Origin: Minisyncoccota bacterium
GTDB lineage: Bacteria > Patescibacteriota > Minisyncoccia > Minisyncoccales > JAQTVQ01
Length of the DNA: 64,000 bases
Direction: 5' to 3'
Assembly: GCA_041657385.1 (NCBI GenBank)
Contig: JBBABZ010000002.1
Location: 13,516-77,515, forward strand
Shown here: piece after piece, positions 17,466 through 26,597 of the stretch
Layout: each line of letters opens with the position of its first letter
Numbering within the stretch: position 1 is the first letter of the stretch
The notes under the pieces: model-generated
Database searches by the model: none
What the model was told of the DNA's origin: nothing
What the model saw: only the letters and a program-made list of their open reading frames with translations
Program-made: the position numbers and the translations under genes

Positions 17466-19191
17466 AATTTTAATTGATCAAGAAGAGATAGAATCATTTG
17501 AAGGAAAAACCGTGCTGCAAGCCGCCAGGGAGAATGGGATAAAAATCCCGGCTTTGTGCTATCATCCCGATTTAAAGATAAAAGCCAATTGCCGTTTATG
17601 CTTAGTTGAAATAAAAGGCGAGCGAGGCCTAGTGCCGGCTTGCCGCACTCTCGTAAAACAGGGGATGGAAATATCAACCAAGTCGGAAAAAATAAACCGC
17701 GCCAGAAAGATCAATTTGGAATTGATCTTTGCCCAGCATGTTGAGGAGTGCGATGATTGTAATTGGGGAATGGGTTGCCGTTTGCTTGGGCTGGCGCGTG
17801 AGTACAAAATAGACTTGAAAAGATTTTTAGACCGTAAAACAAGCCGTAAAATTTACCAGTTTGGTCCCATAATCTTTGATCAAACCAAGTGTATAGACTG
17901 TCGTAATTGCGTGGAGGTTTGCGCCAGACAGGAAGTTCATTTCTTGGAAGCTAGAGGACAAGGGGCGGGAACAGAAATTTTTCCTTCGGCGGCGAAAGAC
18001 CGCGATTGCACTTATTGCGGCCAATGCATCGTGCATTGTCCGGTTGGAGCCATTGAAGCGGTCGGCGAGTTTGAAGGAGCAGAGAAGGCTTTGGAGAAAG
18101 ATGGAAAAATTAAAATTTTTCAATTTGCTCCGGCTATCAGGACTTCCATCGGAGAAGCTTTCGGCTTGCCTGCCGGATTGATCGTTACCGGCCAGTTGGT
18201 GGCTGGAATAAAGGCACTGGGCGCGGACAAGGTATTCGATGTAAGCGTGGCCGCTGATTTTACCACGATAGAGGAAGCGGGAGAGTTGATAAATAAAATT
18301 AAGAACAATGCCGGGCCTTGCCTTACTTCATGCTGTCCGGCCTGGGTGAAATATTTGGAATTTAATTACCCTCATTTTATAACTCATCTTGCCACGACCC
18401 GTTCTCCGCAGATAATCATGGGGGGATTGATAAAAACCTATTGGGCAGAAAAAGAAAAAATAGATCCGAAGAATATTACGGTAATTTCAATAATGCCTTG
18501 CACCGCTAAAAAATATGAAATTCAAAGAAAAGAACTAGAGATCAACGGATTGAAACCGGTGGATTACGTAATGACTACTAGGGAATTGGCTTATCTTTTC
18601 AAAAAGAACAAAATAGATTTGGCGAGCATTGAGTCTCAGCCGGCTGATTCGCCCTGGGGAGAGCCTTCGGGTGCCGGCGTTATTTATGGAGCCAGCGGCG
18701 GAGTGGTGGAATCGGCCCTAAGAACGGCTTATTATAAATTGACCGGTAAAGACCTGGAAAAATTGGATTTTGAGCAGGTTCGCGGAATGCAAGGCATTAA
18801 AAAAGCAGAAATTGAGATAGAAGGAGTAAAAATAAAAATAGCCGTGGCCAGCGGATTGGGCAATGCCAAAAAAATACTGGACGAGCTGGAAGAAAACCCC
18901 AAAGCTTATGATGCAGTTGAAGTGATGGCCTGCCCTGGAGGATGCATCGGCGGCGGAGGCCAGCCCATGCCAACAAGTCCGGAGATCAGAAAACAAAGAG
19001 CAGAAGCTCTTTACCAAATAGATCTCAGTAAGAAGAACCGGCTGGCCCATGAAAATCCCGATGTGCAAAAAGTTTATGAAGAATTCTTAAACAACGATAA
19101 GATCGTGCATCAGGTCTGCCATACAAGTTACAATGCGAAATTAAAAGGTGAAATAAAAATATTAAAAAGCGCTAAAGTAATAAAGCAATGA
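17449..19191 (+). CDS. hydA: [FeFe]-hydrogenase catalytic subunit (HydA/HndD-like)
   Basis: N-terminal 2Fe-2S ferredoxin-like region, two CxxCxxCxxxCP ferredoxin motifs, and H-cluster motifs TSCCPAW, MPCTAKKYE and EVMACPGGCIGGGGQP. Confidence 0.92.
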   Translation: MPEKIKILIDQEEIESFEGKTVLQAARENGIKIPALCYHPDLKIKANCRLCLVEIKGERGLVPACRTLVKQGMEISTKSEKINRARKINLELIFAQHVEECDDCNWGMGCRLLGLAREYKIDLKRFLDRKTSRKIYQFGPIIFDQTKCIDCRNCVEVCARQEVHFLEARGQGAGTEIFPSAAKDRDCTYCGQCIVHCPVGAIEAVGEFEGAEKALEKDGKIKIFQFAPAIRTSIGEAFGLPAGLIVTGQLVAGIKALGADKVFDVSVAADFTTIEEAGELINKIKNNAGPCLTSCCPAWVKYLEFNYPHFITHLATTRSPQIIMGGLIKTYWAEKEKIDPKNITVISIMPCTAKKYEIQRKELEINGLKPVDYVMTTRELAYLFKKNKIDLASIESQPADSPWGEPSGAGVIYGASGGVVESALRTAYYKLTGKDLEKLDFEQVRGMQGIKKAEIEIEGVKIKIAVASGLGNAKKILDELEENPKAYDAVEVMACPGGCIGGGGQPMPTSPEIRKQRAEALYQIDLSKKNRLAHENPDVQKVYEEFLNNDKIVHQVCHTSYNAKLKGEIKILKSAKVIKQ

Positions 19192-19694
19192 AAGCAAAAA
19201 TTTTATCATTATCAAAAGAACAGCTGGCTCTTTTCCAATTTCCAATTTTATTAGGACTATCGATTGTCTTGCCGCTTTTCCACTCGCAATATATTACCGG
19301 CCCGATGGTGAATGCTATCTTATTTTTGTCAGCTGTTTTGGCTGGTTCAACTGGTGCTATGTTCGTAGCTATGGTTCCCAGCATTGTCGCTTTATCGTCT
19401 GGCCTTTTGCCAATAGCCCTTGCCCCGGCAGTGCCTTTTATCATGTTAGGCAACGCTATTTTAATAGCGACTTTTATTTTGCTTCAAAAAAAGAGTTTTT
19501 GGCTGGCGGCAACTGTGGCCAGTTTTACTAAATTTATTTTCCTTTTTGGGTCCAGCCAGCTTGTCGTTGGCTTGATCGCTAAAAAACAAGCGGCGATCGC
19601 AGCGGCTTCAATGTTAAGCTATCCGCAACTGATCACAGCTTTGATAGGGGCAATTTTGGCTTGGTTAATTTTGAAAGGATTGAAAAGAATCTAA
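19188..19694 (+). CDS. Polytopic membrane protein translationally coupled to hydA (weak ECF S-component-like resemblance)
   Basis: ATGA start/stop overlap with hydA and about five hydrophobic helices. The HSQYITGPMVNAILF motif is only reminiscent of ECF substrate-binding components, from recall. Confidence 0.5.
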   Translation: MKAKILSLSKEQLALFQFPILLGLSIVLPLFHSQYITGPMVNAILFLSAVLAGSTGAMFVAMVPSIVALSSGLLPIALAPAVPFIMLGNAILIATFILLQKKSFWLAATVASFTKFIFLFGSSQLVVGLIAKKQAAIAAASMLSYPQLITALIGAILAWLILKGLKRI

Positions 19695-19712
19695 TTCTTT
19701 TATTAAAAAAAT

Positions 19713-19752
19713 GCCCCACGCGATATCCAATAGGATACGGGTGGGGGCTTTT
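19713..19752 (+). terminator. Rho-independent terminator of the hydrogenase operon
   Basis: gccccac ... gtgggggc stem followed by tttt. Confidence 0.6.
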
Positions 19753-19796
19753 GCGGTGGTTTTTTACGCCGTTTTTTGCAGCGTTTTATTTTGCCA

Positions 19797-19976
19797 TTAA
19801 GCTCGAGCATATTGTTCAGGGCTTAATTCTTCAACCATTCGGCTGGCTTCTTCAGCTATGCCGACGATCTTTTCTCTAAACTCTTCAAACCCTTCGCGAT
19901 CGGCGATCTCAACTAATCTGACCAATCCATCTCTTGTTTTTACCATCCTTTCTTTCTGGTCCAATTCTTTTGGCAT
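19797..19976 (-). CDS. Small (59 aa) helical hypothetical protein
   Basis: ATG at 19976 is preceded by a strong GGAGGTG Shine-Dalgarno at about 7 nt. The longer ORF-track start (20042) lacks an RBS. Confidence 0.5.
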   Translation of the reverse strand: MPKELDQKERMVKTRDGLVRLVEIADREGFEEFREKIVGIAEEASRMVEELSPEQYARA

Positions 19977-20063
19977 AAATATTTCACCTCCGCCTAAAAA
20001 GAACAAGACTTGAAGGTTAGCAAAGCCGCTTGCCTTTGTCAATAATTGCGGGGTTGGCCAAAC

Positions 20064-20088
20064 AAAAAACCGCCTTAGGCGGTTTTTT
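20064..20088. terminator. Bidirectional rho-independent terminator
   Basis: aaaaaa-ccgcc-tta-ggcgg-tttttt, with A/T runs on both sides. Confidence 0.75.
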
Positions 20089-20099
20089 GTTTTCTATAA

Positions 20100-20297
20100 T
20101 TAGAAACGGCTGGGTCTTTCAGCTCTCTTGTTTCTCCAGCATTCTTTGCAGAAGATCGGTCTATCTGCGGCTGGTTCGAAAGGAAGCTCTGTGATCTCTT
20201 TGCCACATTCAGAACATTTCCAGCTGCCTTTTATCATAGGGCGAGGAGTAAAGTCTCTGCGTGGGCCGTTGTCGTAATTTCTGTCTCCAAATGACAT
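20100..20297 (-). CDS. CxxC-x17/18-CxxC zinc-ribbon small protein
   Basis: WKCSECGKEITELPFEPAADRPIFCKECW with basic flanks (RRDF..., RNKRAERPSRF). Confidence 0.75.
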   Translation of the reverse strand: MSFGDRNYDNGPRRDFTPRPMIKGSWKCSECGKEITELPFEPAADRPIFCKECWRNKRAERPSRF

Positions 20298-20327
20298 AGT
20301 TTTTTGAGAATACGCTTACGTTAAATT

Positions 20328-20450
20328 AAAGGCGACCTTTTCTCTTTTAGCCGCTTGACTTATGCCTGTTTTGGAGCCCGCCTTTGCTCCCTGTCTGCCG
20401 ACAGGCAGGTTGTGGGAGCTACGGCAGGGCGAGGCAGGCACCTTTAATTT
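20328..20450. repeat. GC-rich nested-hairpin element bounded by inverted aaattaaaggYg termini, inside the 5' UTR of the zinc-ribbon gene
   Basis: ttaaaggcg (left) against cacctttaa (right). The core contains cccgcctttgctcc, ctgtctgccgacag and ggagctacggcagggcgaggc modules shared with the other GC-rich repeats. Confidence 0.55.
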
Positions 20451-20496
20451 TTTGAAGACTAAAGATTTGCTATTACGACTTTAAGAGTATGCCATT

Positions 20497-20525
20497 ATTA
20501 TAAGTTAAAAGATGTGATAAGTCAA
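20497..20525 (-). promoter_or_regulatory. Near-consensus promoter on the minus strand (TTGACT-N17-TATAAT)
   Basis: The minus strand reads cTTGACTtatcacatcttttaactTATAAT: -35 at 20525-20520, -10 at 20502-20497. Confidence 0.6.
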
Positions 20526-20659
20526 GACCTTGGCGGTCTTTTGCCTAGGGAGCCTACCACGTAGGAAATTATGAAAATTTTCGGTAAAAAATTCATTTAC
20601 AGCCCATTTTAAATAAGATAAGATTTAGAAAGAAAATAAGCTTAAAAGGTTAAGACTTT

Positions 20660-22276
20660 ATGAAAATGAAACTAGGGAAAAAGCGAATAATAGCAGTGAT
20701 TATCGCGGTTTTATCGATTTTTGCGATATACCAGTTATTTTTTGCCAAAAAGCAGGAAACATTCAATTACGAGGAAGTAAAAAAAACCAATATCTCCCAG
20801 GAGGTTTCTGTTTCCGGCAAAGTTAAAAAAGGGGAAGACTTGGGATTAAATTTCAATGCTTCCGGCAAATTGAAAAAGATCTATGTAGAAGTGGGAGATG
20901 AAGTCGAAGAAGGGAAAAAATTAGCCGAGTTGGATAGCAGCCAGCTTTTTATCCAGTTTCAATCGGCTAGCGCCCAATTAAAGACAGCCGAGATCGGTTT
21001 GGAAAAGCTTTTAGCCGGAGCCGGCCAGGAAGACATTGCTTTGACTCGAACGGCTTTGCAAAATGCGCAATCTTCCCATCAGTCGGCCCAGCAGAAATAC
21101 GCTGATGTTAAAAATTTGGCCGATACGACTTTAGACAATCTTTATAAAAGCTCTTTGAGCTCTTTGGCGGATTCGATCTTGGAGGTCTATAATAGTTTGA
21201 ATTTTTTGCAGAGCAGTTCTTATGTCGTCGATAGCCGCGACCTAGCGGAAACGAGGGCGGAGATCGAGAAAATGGATCAATATTATCAGGATGGGAAAAA
21301 TTATTTGGCGCAGGCTCAAGCAAGCAGTACGGTAGACAACATTGGCTTAGCGATCGAAAAAACAAAAAAAACTTTGGAAATTTCCCGCGATTCTGCTTTA
21401 AAGATCAGAAGTTTTTGGGAAGCGCGTTCCAGCGCCACCGCTGCCCAAAAGACATCTCTTGATGCCCATCAGGGGTATCTTAACGCTTCTTTGTCCGGCG
21501 TTGTTTCGATCCAAAATAATATTGCTTTAACTAAAACCACTAATCAATCTAATATCAATACGGCTTGGTCAGTTGTTGTTTCAGCTCAAGGCCAAATGGA
21601 TATTGCTCAAGAGAATTTGAATAAATTATTAGCTTTGCCTCGCCAGGAAGATATAGATCTAGCCGAGGCTCAAGTTTCCCAAGCCCAGGCGCAGGCTAAC
21701 CTTTTGAGCCACCAAATAAATGAATCAACCATCAAGTCTCCGGTAAAAGGTAAAATAGCCCAAGTCAATAAAAAAGAGGGAGAGCAGGCTCAGGGGGCAG
21801 CCGCTGGCCAGGATTTTATCGTTCTTATCCCGAAAGAGCCTTTTCAGGTGGAGATCAATATTCCCGAAGTAGATATCGGCCAAGTGAATTTAGAAGATCC
21901 TTGCCAGATAGACTTGGACGCTTTTTCAGACGAGCAATTTTTTGGCAAAGTGATAAAAATAGATCCAGCCGAGACAGTGATCGCCGGCGTGGTTTATTAT
22001 AAAACAACAATTTCTTTAAATAGCGAAGACCAAAAAATAAGACCCGGAATGACGGCAAATGTTATTGTGATCACCGAATCAAAAGAAAATGTTTTGACGG
22101 TTCCCCAAAGAGCGGTCTTTGAAAAAGCCGGAAAAAAATTAGTCAGGATCATTGAGGGAGAAAATTTAAAAGAAGTTGAGGTTCAAACCGGCTTGAAAGG
22201 AGTTCAGGGGGAAGTTGAAATAATTTCGGGGCTGAAGGAAGGGGATAAGGTCGTTACTTTTTTGAAAGAGAGCTAA
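20660..22276 (+). CDS. Efflux adaptor / membrane-fusion protein (HlyD/MacA family) with very long coiled-coil hairpin
   Basis: N-terminal TM helix, a biotinyl-lipoyl-like block (GKVKKGE...VEVGDEVEEGKKLAELD), long Q/A-rich coiled coil and a C-terminal beta-barrel region. It lies upstream of the MacB-type ATPase and permease. Confidence 0.8.
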   Translation: MKMKLGKKRIIAVIIAVLSIFAIYQLFFAKKQETFNYEEVKKTNISQEVSVSGKVKKGEDLGLNFNASGKLKKIYVEVGDEVEEGKKLAELDSSQLFIQFQSASAQLKTAEIGLEKLLAGAGQEDIALTRTALQNAQSSHQSAQQKYADVKNLADTTLDNLYKSSLSSLADSILEVYNSLNFLQSSSYVVDSRDLAETRAEIEKMDQYYQDGKNYLAQAQASSTVDNIGLAIEKTKKTLEISRDSALKIRSFWEARSSATAAQKTSLDAHQGYLNASLSGVVSIQNNIALTKTTNQSNINTAWSVVVSAQGQMDIAQENLNKLLALPRQEDIDLAEAQVSQAQAQANLLSHQINESTIKSPVKGKIAQVNKKEGEQAQGAAAGQDFIVLIPKEPFQVEINIPEVDIGQVNLEDPCQIDLDAFSDEQFFGKVIKIDPAETVIAGVVYYKTTISLNSEDQKIRPGMTANVIVITESKENVLTVPQRAVFEKAGKKLVRIIEGENLKEVEVQTGLKGVQGEVEIISGLKEGDKVVTFLKES

Positions 22277-22305
22277 TCTTTTTTTAAAAGAGATATTTAT
22301 TTGAT

Positions 22306-23022
22306 ATGAAAATAATCGAAGTCCGGGACTTGAAAAAAGAATATAATAACGGATTTGTTTCAACTGCGGCTTTGAACGGCATTTCTTTTGATATTGAAGA
22401 AGGAGAGTTTGTGGCGATCATCGGATCTTCCGGCTGCGGCAAGTCAACTTTGATGCATACCTTGGGATTGTTGGACCGGCCGACTTCCGGTTCTTATCTT
22501 TTTGGAGGAAAAGATGTTTTTACGATGTCCGATGATGAATTGGCCCGCATCCGAAATAAGAAGATGGGATTTGTTTTCCAATCTTTTAATCTTTTGCCGA
22601 GGACTTCCATTTTTAATAATGTTAAATTGCCGCTGGTTTATAGCGGCTTAGTCAATGAGAAAGAAAAAGAGATGGTCAGAAATGCCTTGGACAGCGTGGG
22701 CCTTGGGAATAAGATGAACAATTTTTCAAATCAGCTTTCGGGGGGAGAGCAGCAAAGGGTTGCCATTGCCAGAGCTTTGGTCAATCATCCAGCTATTATT
22801 TTTGCCGATGAACCGACAGGGAACCTGGATAGCGTTTCCGGGCAAAATGTTTTAGAGTTGCTGCAAAAGCTTAACGACGAAGGGCATACCATCATTTTGG
22901 TGACCCATGAAAAATACACTTCGGAAATGGCCCAAAGGATAATCCAGATGAAAGATGGAAAGATCGTTTCGGACGCGAAAGTGATTGATCGGAGGTTTGC
23001 TAAAAACGGTTTGATAAAATAA
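22306..23022 (+). CDS. ABC transporter ATP-binding protein (MacB/LolD type)
   Basis: GSSGCGKST Walker A, LSGGEQQRVAIARAL signature, IIFADEPTGNLD Walker B. Confidence 0.92.
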   Translation: MKIIEVRDLKKEYNNGFVSTAALNGISFDIEEGEFVAIIGSSGCGKSTLMHTLGLLDRPTSGSYLFGGKDVFTMSDDELARIRNKKMGFVFQSFNLLPRTSIFNNVKLPLVYSGLVNEKEKEMVRNALDSVGLGNKMNNFSNQLSGGEQQRVAIARALVNHPAIIFADEPTGNLDSVSGQNVLELLQKLNDEGHTIILVTHEKYTSEMAQRIIQMKDGKIVSDAKVIDRRFAKNGLIK

Positions 23023-23024
23023 TC

Positions 23025-24290
23025 ATGAGCTTGATAGAATCAATCAAAACAGCTTTCGTAAGTTTAAAGAGCAATAAAACCCGCTCGGCTTTGACAATGC
23101 TAGGGATCGTTATCGGCATTGCCTCGGTCATAACAATGGTTTCTATCGGCGACGGCACCAAGCAATTGATCATCGGCCAGTTTTCTTCTTTAGGATCTAA
23201 TAATATTTTTGTAGAGCCGGGATCTTTTTCCAAAAAAATGGAAGGAAATCAGGGGATGCAATCTATGATGGAGGAAATGACCATCAAAACTTTAAAATAC
23301 GAAGACTATAAAGCAGTGGAGAGGGATCCTTTAGTTAGCAAGGCGGCTCCGTTAGCTTTCGGTTCGGCTAAAATTTTTTATAAAGGCAAAGATTTTAAAG
23401 CGACTTATCTAGGCACCACTCCTGCAGGGGTCAGTATTTTGGCTTCGGCGGAATTTATTTACGGCAATAATTTTACCGAGGAGGATGTCAAATCTTTGGG
23501 CCGCGATGTAGTGCTGGGGTATAAGGTCAAGGAGACTTTATTCGGAGAGGAAGATCCTGTCGGTAAGATCATCAGAGTCAAAGATAATAATTTCAGAGTT
23601 GTCGGATCTTTGGACCAGCAGGGAACGCAAATGTTCATGAATTTAGACGAGGTTATCTATTTGCCGGTAACAACGGCCCAAAAAGTTGTTTTAGGGTCTG
23701 ATCATCTGCAGGAGATCGTGGTTCAAGCTAAAGATGAGAACAGGATAGAGGAAACGGTAGAAAGCATCCGTTTGACGATAAGGGACAGGCACAGAATAGA
23801 TAATCCGGAAGGGGACCCGGCCAAAGATGATTTTAAAGTAGTCAGCCAAAAAGAAACAGCGGAGATATTGGATACGGTGATCGGTATTTTTACAATGTTT
23901 TTATCTTCGGTCGCGGCAATTGCTTTGCTAGTGGGAGGGATCGGCATTATGAACATTATGCTTGTTTCAGTTACGGAAAGAACAAAAGAGATAGGATTAA
24001 GAAAGGCTGTCGGCGCGCGCGAATCGGATATTATGACCCAATTTTTGATAGAGGCGCTGATCTTAACTTTAATAGGCGGCGCAATAGGCATACTTTTTGG
24101 ATTGTTTTTCTCATTTTTAGCGGGCATTATCCTGGGAATGGTTTTGGCTACAGTCTGGTCTTTTTCTTTTCCTTTTGCTGCGATATTATGGGCTTTCGGC
24201 GTGGCCACGGCTATCGGCTTGGTTTTCGGCATTTATCCGGCGCGCCGGGCCGCCAGGCTTAACGCTATTGAAGCGTTGAGATATGAATAA
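23025..24290 (+). CDS. ABC transporter permease (MacB/FtsX family with periplasmic domain)
   Basis: TM1, then an extracytoplasmic domain of about 230 aa, then three C-terminal TM helices, with the ERTKEIGLRKAVGA FtsX-family motif. Confidence 0.9.
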   Translation: MSLIESIKTAFVSLKSNKTRSALTMLGIVIGIASVITMVSIGDGTKQLIIGQFSSLGSNNIFVEPGSFSKKMEGNQGMQSMMEEMTIKTLKYEDYKAVERDPLVSKAAPLAFGSAKIFYKGKDFKATYLGTTPAGVSILASAEFIYGNNFTEEDVKSLGRDVVLGYKVKETLFGEEDPVGKIIRVKDNNFRVVGSLDQQGTQMFMNLDEVIYLPVTTAQKVVLGSDHLQEIVVQAKDENRIEETVESIRLTIRDRHRIDNPEGDPAKDDFKVVSQKETAEILDTVIGIFTMFLSSVAAIALLVGGIGIMNIMLVSVTERTKEIGLRKAVGARESDIMTQFLIEALILTLIGGAIGILFGLFFSFLAGIILGMVLATVWSFSFPFAAILWAFGVATAIGLVFGIYPARRAARLNAIEALRYE

Positions 24291-24324
24291 AGCGAAAAGC
24301 GTAAAGCGAAAAGTGTAAAATAAA
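24291..24324. repeat. gcgaaaagcgtaaa-type repeat immediately after a stop codon
   Basis: The 15-mer agcgaaaagcgtaaa at 24291-24305 is identical to 61643-61657, and the tail gtaaaataa is shared. Confidence 0.6.
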
Positions 24325-24407
24325 GAAGCGTGAGAAGGGGAAAGCGTCTGTTCATCGGCAGGAAAAGGGTGGAGCAAAATATAATAAAAACGATTACAAC
24401 TTTATTT

Positions 24408-24863
24408 ATGAACTATTGGCAGCAGATAATTGAAAACCAGCCTTTGGCAGCCAGCTTGCTGGCTTGGTTTTTTGCTCAGCTTTTAAAAGTTTTAGGATCT
24501 TTTAAAGATGGCTTCAATAAAGAAGACCTTAAAAAATTCGTGTCCACGGGCGGATTTCCCAGCTCCCATTCGGCTACGGTAGCTGCTTTAGCCACTTCTT
24601 GCGGTTTGATTTTCGGCCTTAGCTCTGCATATTTTGCTATTGCAGCGGTTTTGGCGGTTATAGTTATCTATGATGCTTTTACTCTGCGCAGGGAAGCTGG
24701 ACGCCAAGCGCAGGTTCTCAACCAGATCATAGAAGATCTTTACAATAAGAAAGGATTACAGGCCAAATATCTTAAAGAATTGATCGGGCATAGCCGCATT
24801 GAAGCGTTTTTTGGATTAGTCCTTGGTATTTTAGTGGCGATCGTCCTCTATAAAAATATCTGA
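24408..24863 (+). CDS. Divergent PAP2 / DUF212 (YuiD-like) membrane protein
   Basis: GGFPSSHSATVAALATS motif and hydrophobic helices. The start is taken at ATG 24408. Confidence 0.7.
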   Translation: MNYWQQIIENQPLAASLLAWFFAQLLKVLGSFKDGFNKEDLKKFVSTGGFPSSHSATVAALATSCGLIFGLSSAYFAIAAVLAVIVIYDAFTLRREAGRQAQVLNQIIEDLYNKKGLQAKYLKELIGHSRIEAFFGLVLGILVAIVLYKNI

Positions 24864-24869
24864 TCTTTT

Positions 24870-25814
24870 ATGAAAAAAATCTTTTTTGTTTTTATTTTTT
24901 TGTCTTTAGCCGGACTTTTTTTATATTTTTTTATACAATTTTTGCCGACGCATTTTGGCAGATCAGCCAAGGAATCGTTTATCATTGCGAAAGATATTTC
25001 CGAAAAAGATTTGGCCGTCCGCTTGGAAAAAGAGGGCTTCGTCCGCAGCCAGCAAGCCTTTGAACAAGCGATCAAGAGCAAAAATTTACAGGGGAAGACC
25101 CAGCCCGGCGGTTATTATATTTCTAAGAGTATGTCGGTTTTTGAGATTGCCGAAATTTTGGCATTGCATCCCGTTCAAAAATGGGTGACTTTGCCGGAAG
25201 GGTTAAGAAAAGAAGAAGCCGCGGAAATTTTACAAAAGGAACTTGGCTGGGATGATCCGCAAACCCAGTTATTTTTAGATAATTCCAAGGAAGGATATAT
25301 TTTCCCGGAAACTTATTTGCTGGATATTGGCTGGACGGGCAAAGATATCGCAGCAAGGCTGTCCGGCCAATTTGACGAAGAATTTGCAGTTTTGGCAAAA
25401 GGTTACGATAACCGTCTTTCGTCGGAAGAAGCGGTTGTTTTGGCATCTCTGGTGCAGCGCGAGGCGCGAGGCGCGGAAGAGATGTCTTTGATCGCTGGAA
25501 TAATTTCCAACCGTTTGGATATCGGGATGAAGCTAGACATTGATTCAAGCCTTCAATATCAAGCAGGATCGCCGGAAGATTGGTGGCCGAAAATTTCATC
25601 AGCGGATAAATCGGCCGAGTCGCCTTATAATACTTATTTAAATAAAGGCCTGCCTTTGGCATCGATCTGCAACCCTGGTAGAGAAGCTTTGCAGGCTGCT
25701 TTATTCCCCGAGAAAAATTCTTATTTTTATTATCTGCACGATGCCGAAGGAAACATCCATTGCGCCAAGACTTATGAAGAACACTTGGCGAATGTCAATA
25801 AATATTTGAGATAA
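24870..25814 (+). CDS. mltG: Endolytic murein transglycosylase MltG (YceG-like)
   Basis: N-terminal TM helix, LASLVQREA, SPYNTYLNKGLP and CNPG motifs. Confidence 0.85.
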   Translation: MKKIFFVFIFLSLAGLFLYFFIQFLPTHFGRSAKESFIIAKDISEKDLAVRLEKEGFVRSQQAFEQAIKSKNLQGKTQPGGYYISKSMSVFEIAEILALHPVQKWVTLPEGLRKEEAAEILQKELGWDDPQTQLFLDNSKEGYIFPETYLLDIGWTGKDIAARLSGQFDEEFAVLAKGYDNRLSSEEAVVLASLVQREARGAEEMSLIAGIISNRLDIGMKLDIDSSLQYQAGSPEDWWPKISSADKSAESPYNTYLNKGLPLASICNPGREALQAALFPEKNSYFYYLHDAEGNIHCAKTYEEHLANVNKYLR

Positions 25815-25824
25815 GTTTTTTGAG

Positions 25825-26490
25825 ATGATTATTGCGAAACCGGAACTTCCAAAAGATTATAAAAGGGGATTTGCCAAATTTTTAGGCTTGAAAATAGACC
25901 TGTCCGAAAGGCCTTTGATCCCGCGGCCGGAAACCGCTTTTTGGACAAAGGCGGCGATCTTGGCAATGAAAAAAGAGAAGAAAGGGAAGCTGGAATGCTT
26001 GGACCTTTTCGCCGGTTCCGGATGTATCGGCCTGGCGGTTTTGGCCAAAGTTGAAAATGTTTTTTGCGACTTCGGCGATGTTGACCCGAAAAATATCAAA
26101 CAAATCAAAATAAATATAAAGATAAACGGACTGGACGAGAAAAAATCAAAAGTAATAGAAACAGATGTTTTTTCAAAAATAAAAAAGAAGTATGATTATA
26201 TTTTAGCCAATCCGCCCTATATCGCGAGTTCAAGATTTCATTTGATACAGCCTTCGGCCAGGTCTTTTGAGCCAATGATCGCATTGGACGGTAAAGAAGA
26301 CGGGATGTTCTTTATTAATAAATTTTTAAAGCAGGCAAAGGAATTTTTAAAACCCGGCGGTAAAATATTCATGGAATTTGATTTTTACCAAAAAAAAGAG
26401 CTGGAAGCGGCTCTGGAAAGATATGGCTGGACGGATTATAAGATATATAAGGACCAGTTTGGGAGAGATAGATTTGTAATAATAAGCTAA
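25825..26490 (+). CDS. prmC: N5-glutamine (release-factor) methyltransferase, HemK/PrmC-like, short form
   Basis: LDLFAGSGCIGLA SAM-binding motif and ILANPPYI (NPPY) catalytic motif. Confidence 0.75.
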   Translation: MIIAKPELPKDYKRGFAKFLGLKIDLSERPLIPRPETAFWTKAAILAMKKEKKGKLECLDLFAGSGCIGLAVLAKVENVFCDFGDVDPKNIKQIKINIKINGLDEKKSKVIETDVFSKIKKKYDYILANPPYIASSRFHLIQPSARSFEPMIALDGKEDGMFFINKFLKQAKEFLKPGGKIFMEFDFYQKKELEAALERYGWTDYKIYKDQFGRDRFVIIS

Positions 26491-26492
26491 TA

Positions 26493-26513
26493 AAATTTTC
26501 AATTTCTAATTTT
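26493..26513. repeat. AT-rich 21-mer aaattttcaatttctaatttt (copy 1), directly after a stop codon
   Basis: Identical 21-mer at 36959-36979. Related caaaatt/gaaaatt runs occur at 27344-27385, 38225-38260 and 51240-51267. Confidence 0.65.
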
Positions 26514-26597
26514 CAATAAATTTTCATTTTTTCAAACGGAAGAATTTAGAACAATACGTTTTAGAAATTTAATAAAAATTAAGAATTAGTAAAAATC

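Noticed and set aside
23723-24232. 169-aa minus-strand ORF
   Set aside because: It is antisense to the well-supported MacB/FtsX permease gene and is a typical shadow frame.
25123-25662. 179-aa minus-strand ORF
   Set aside because: It is antisense to mltG and has no independent support.
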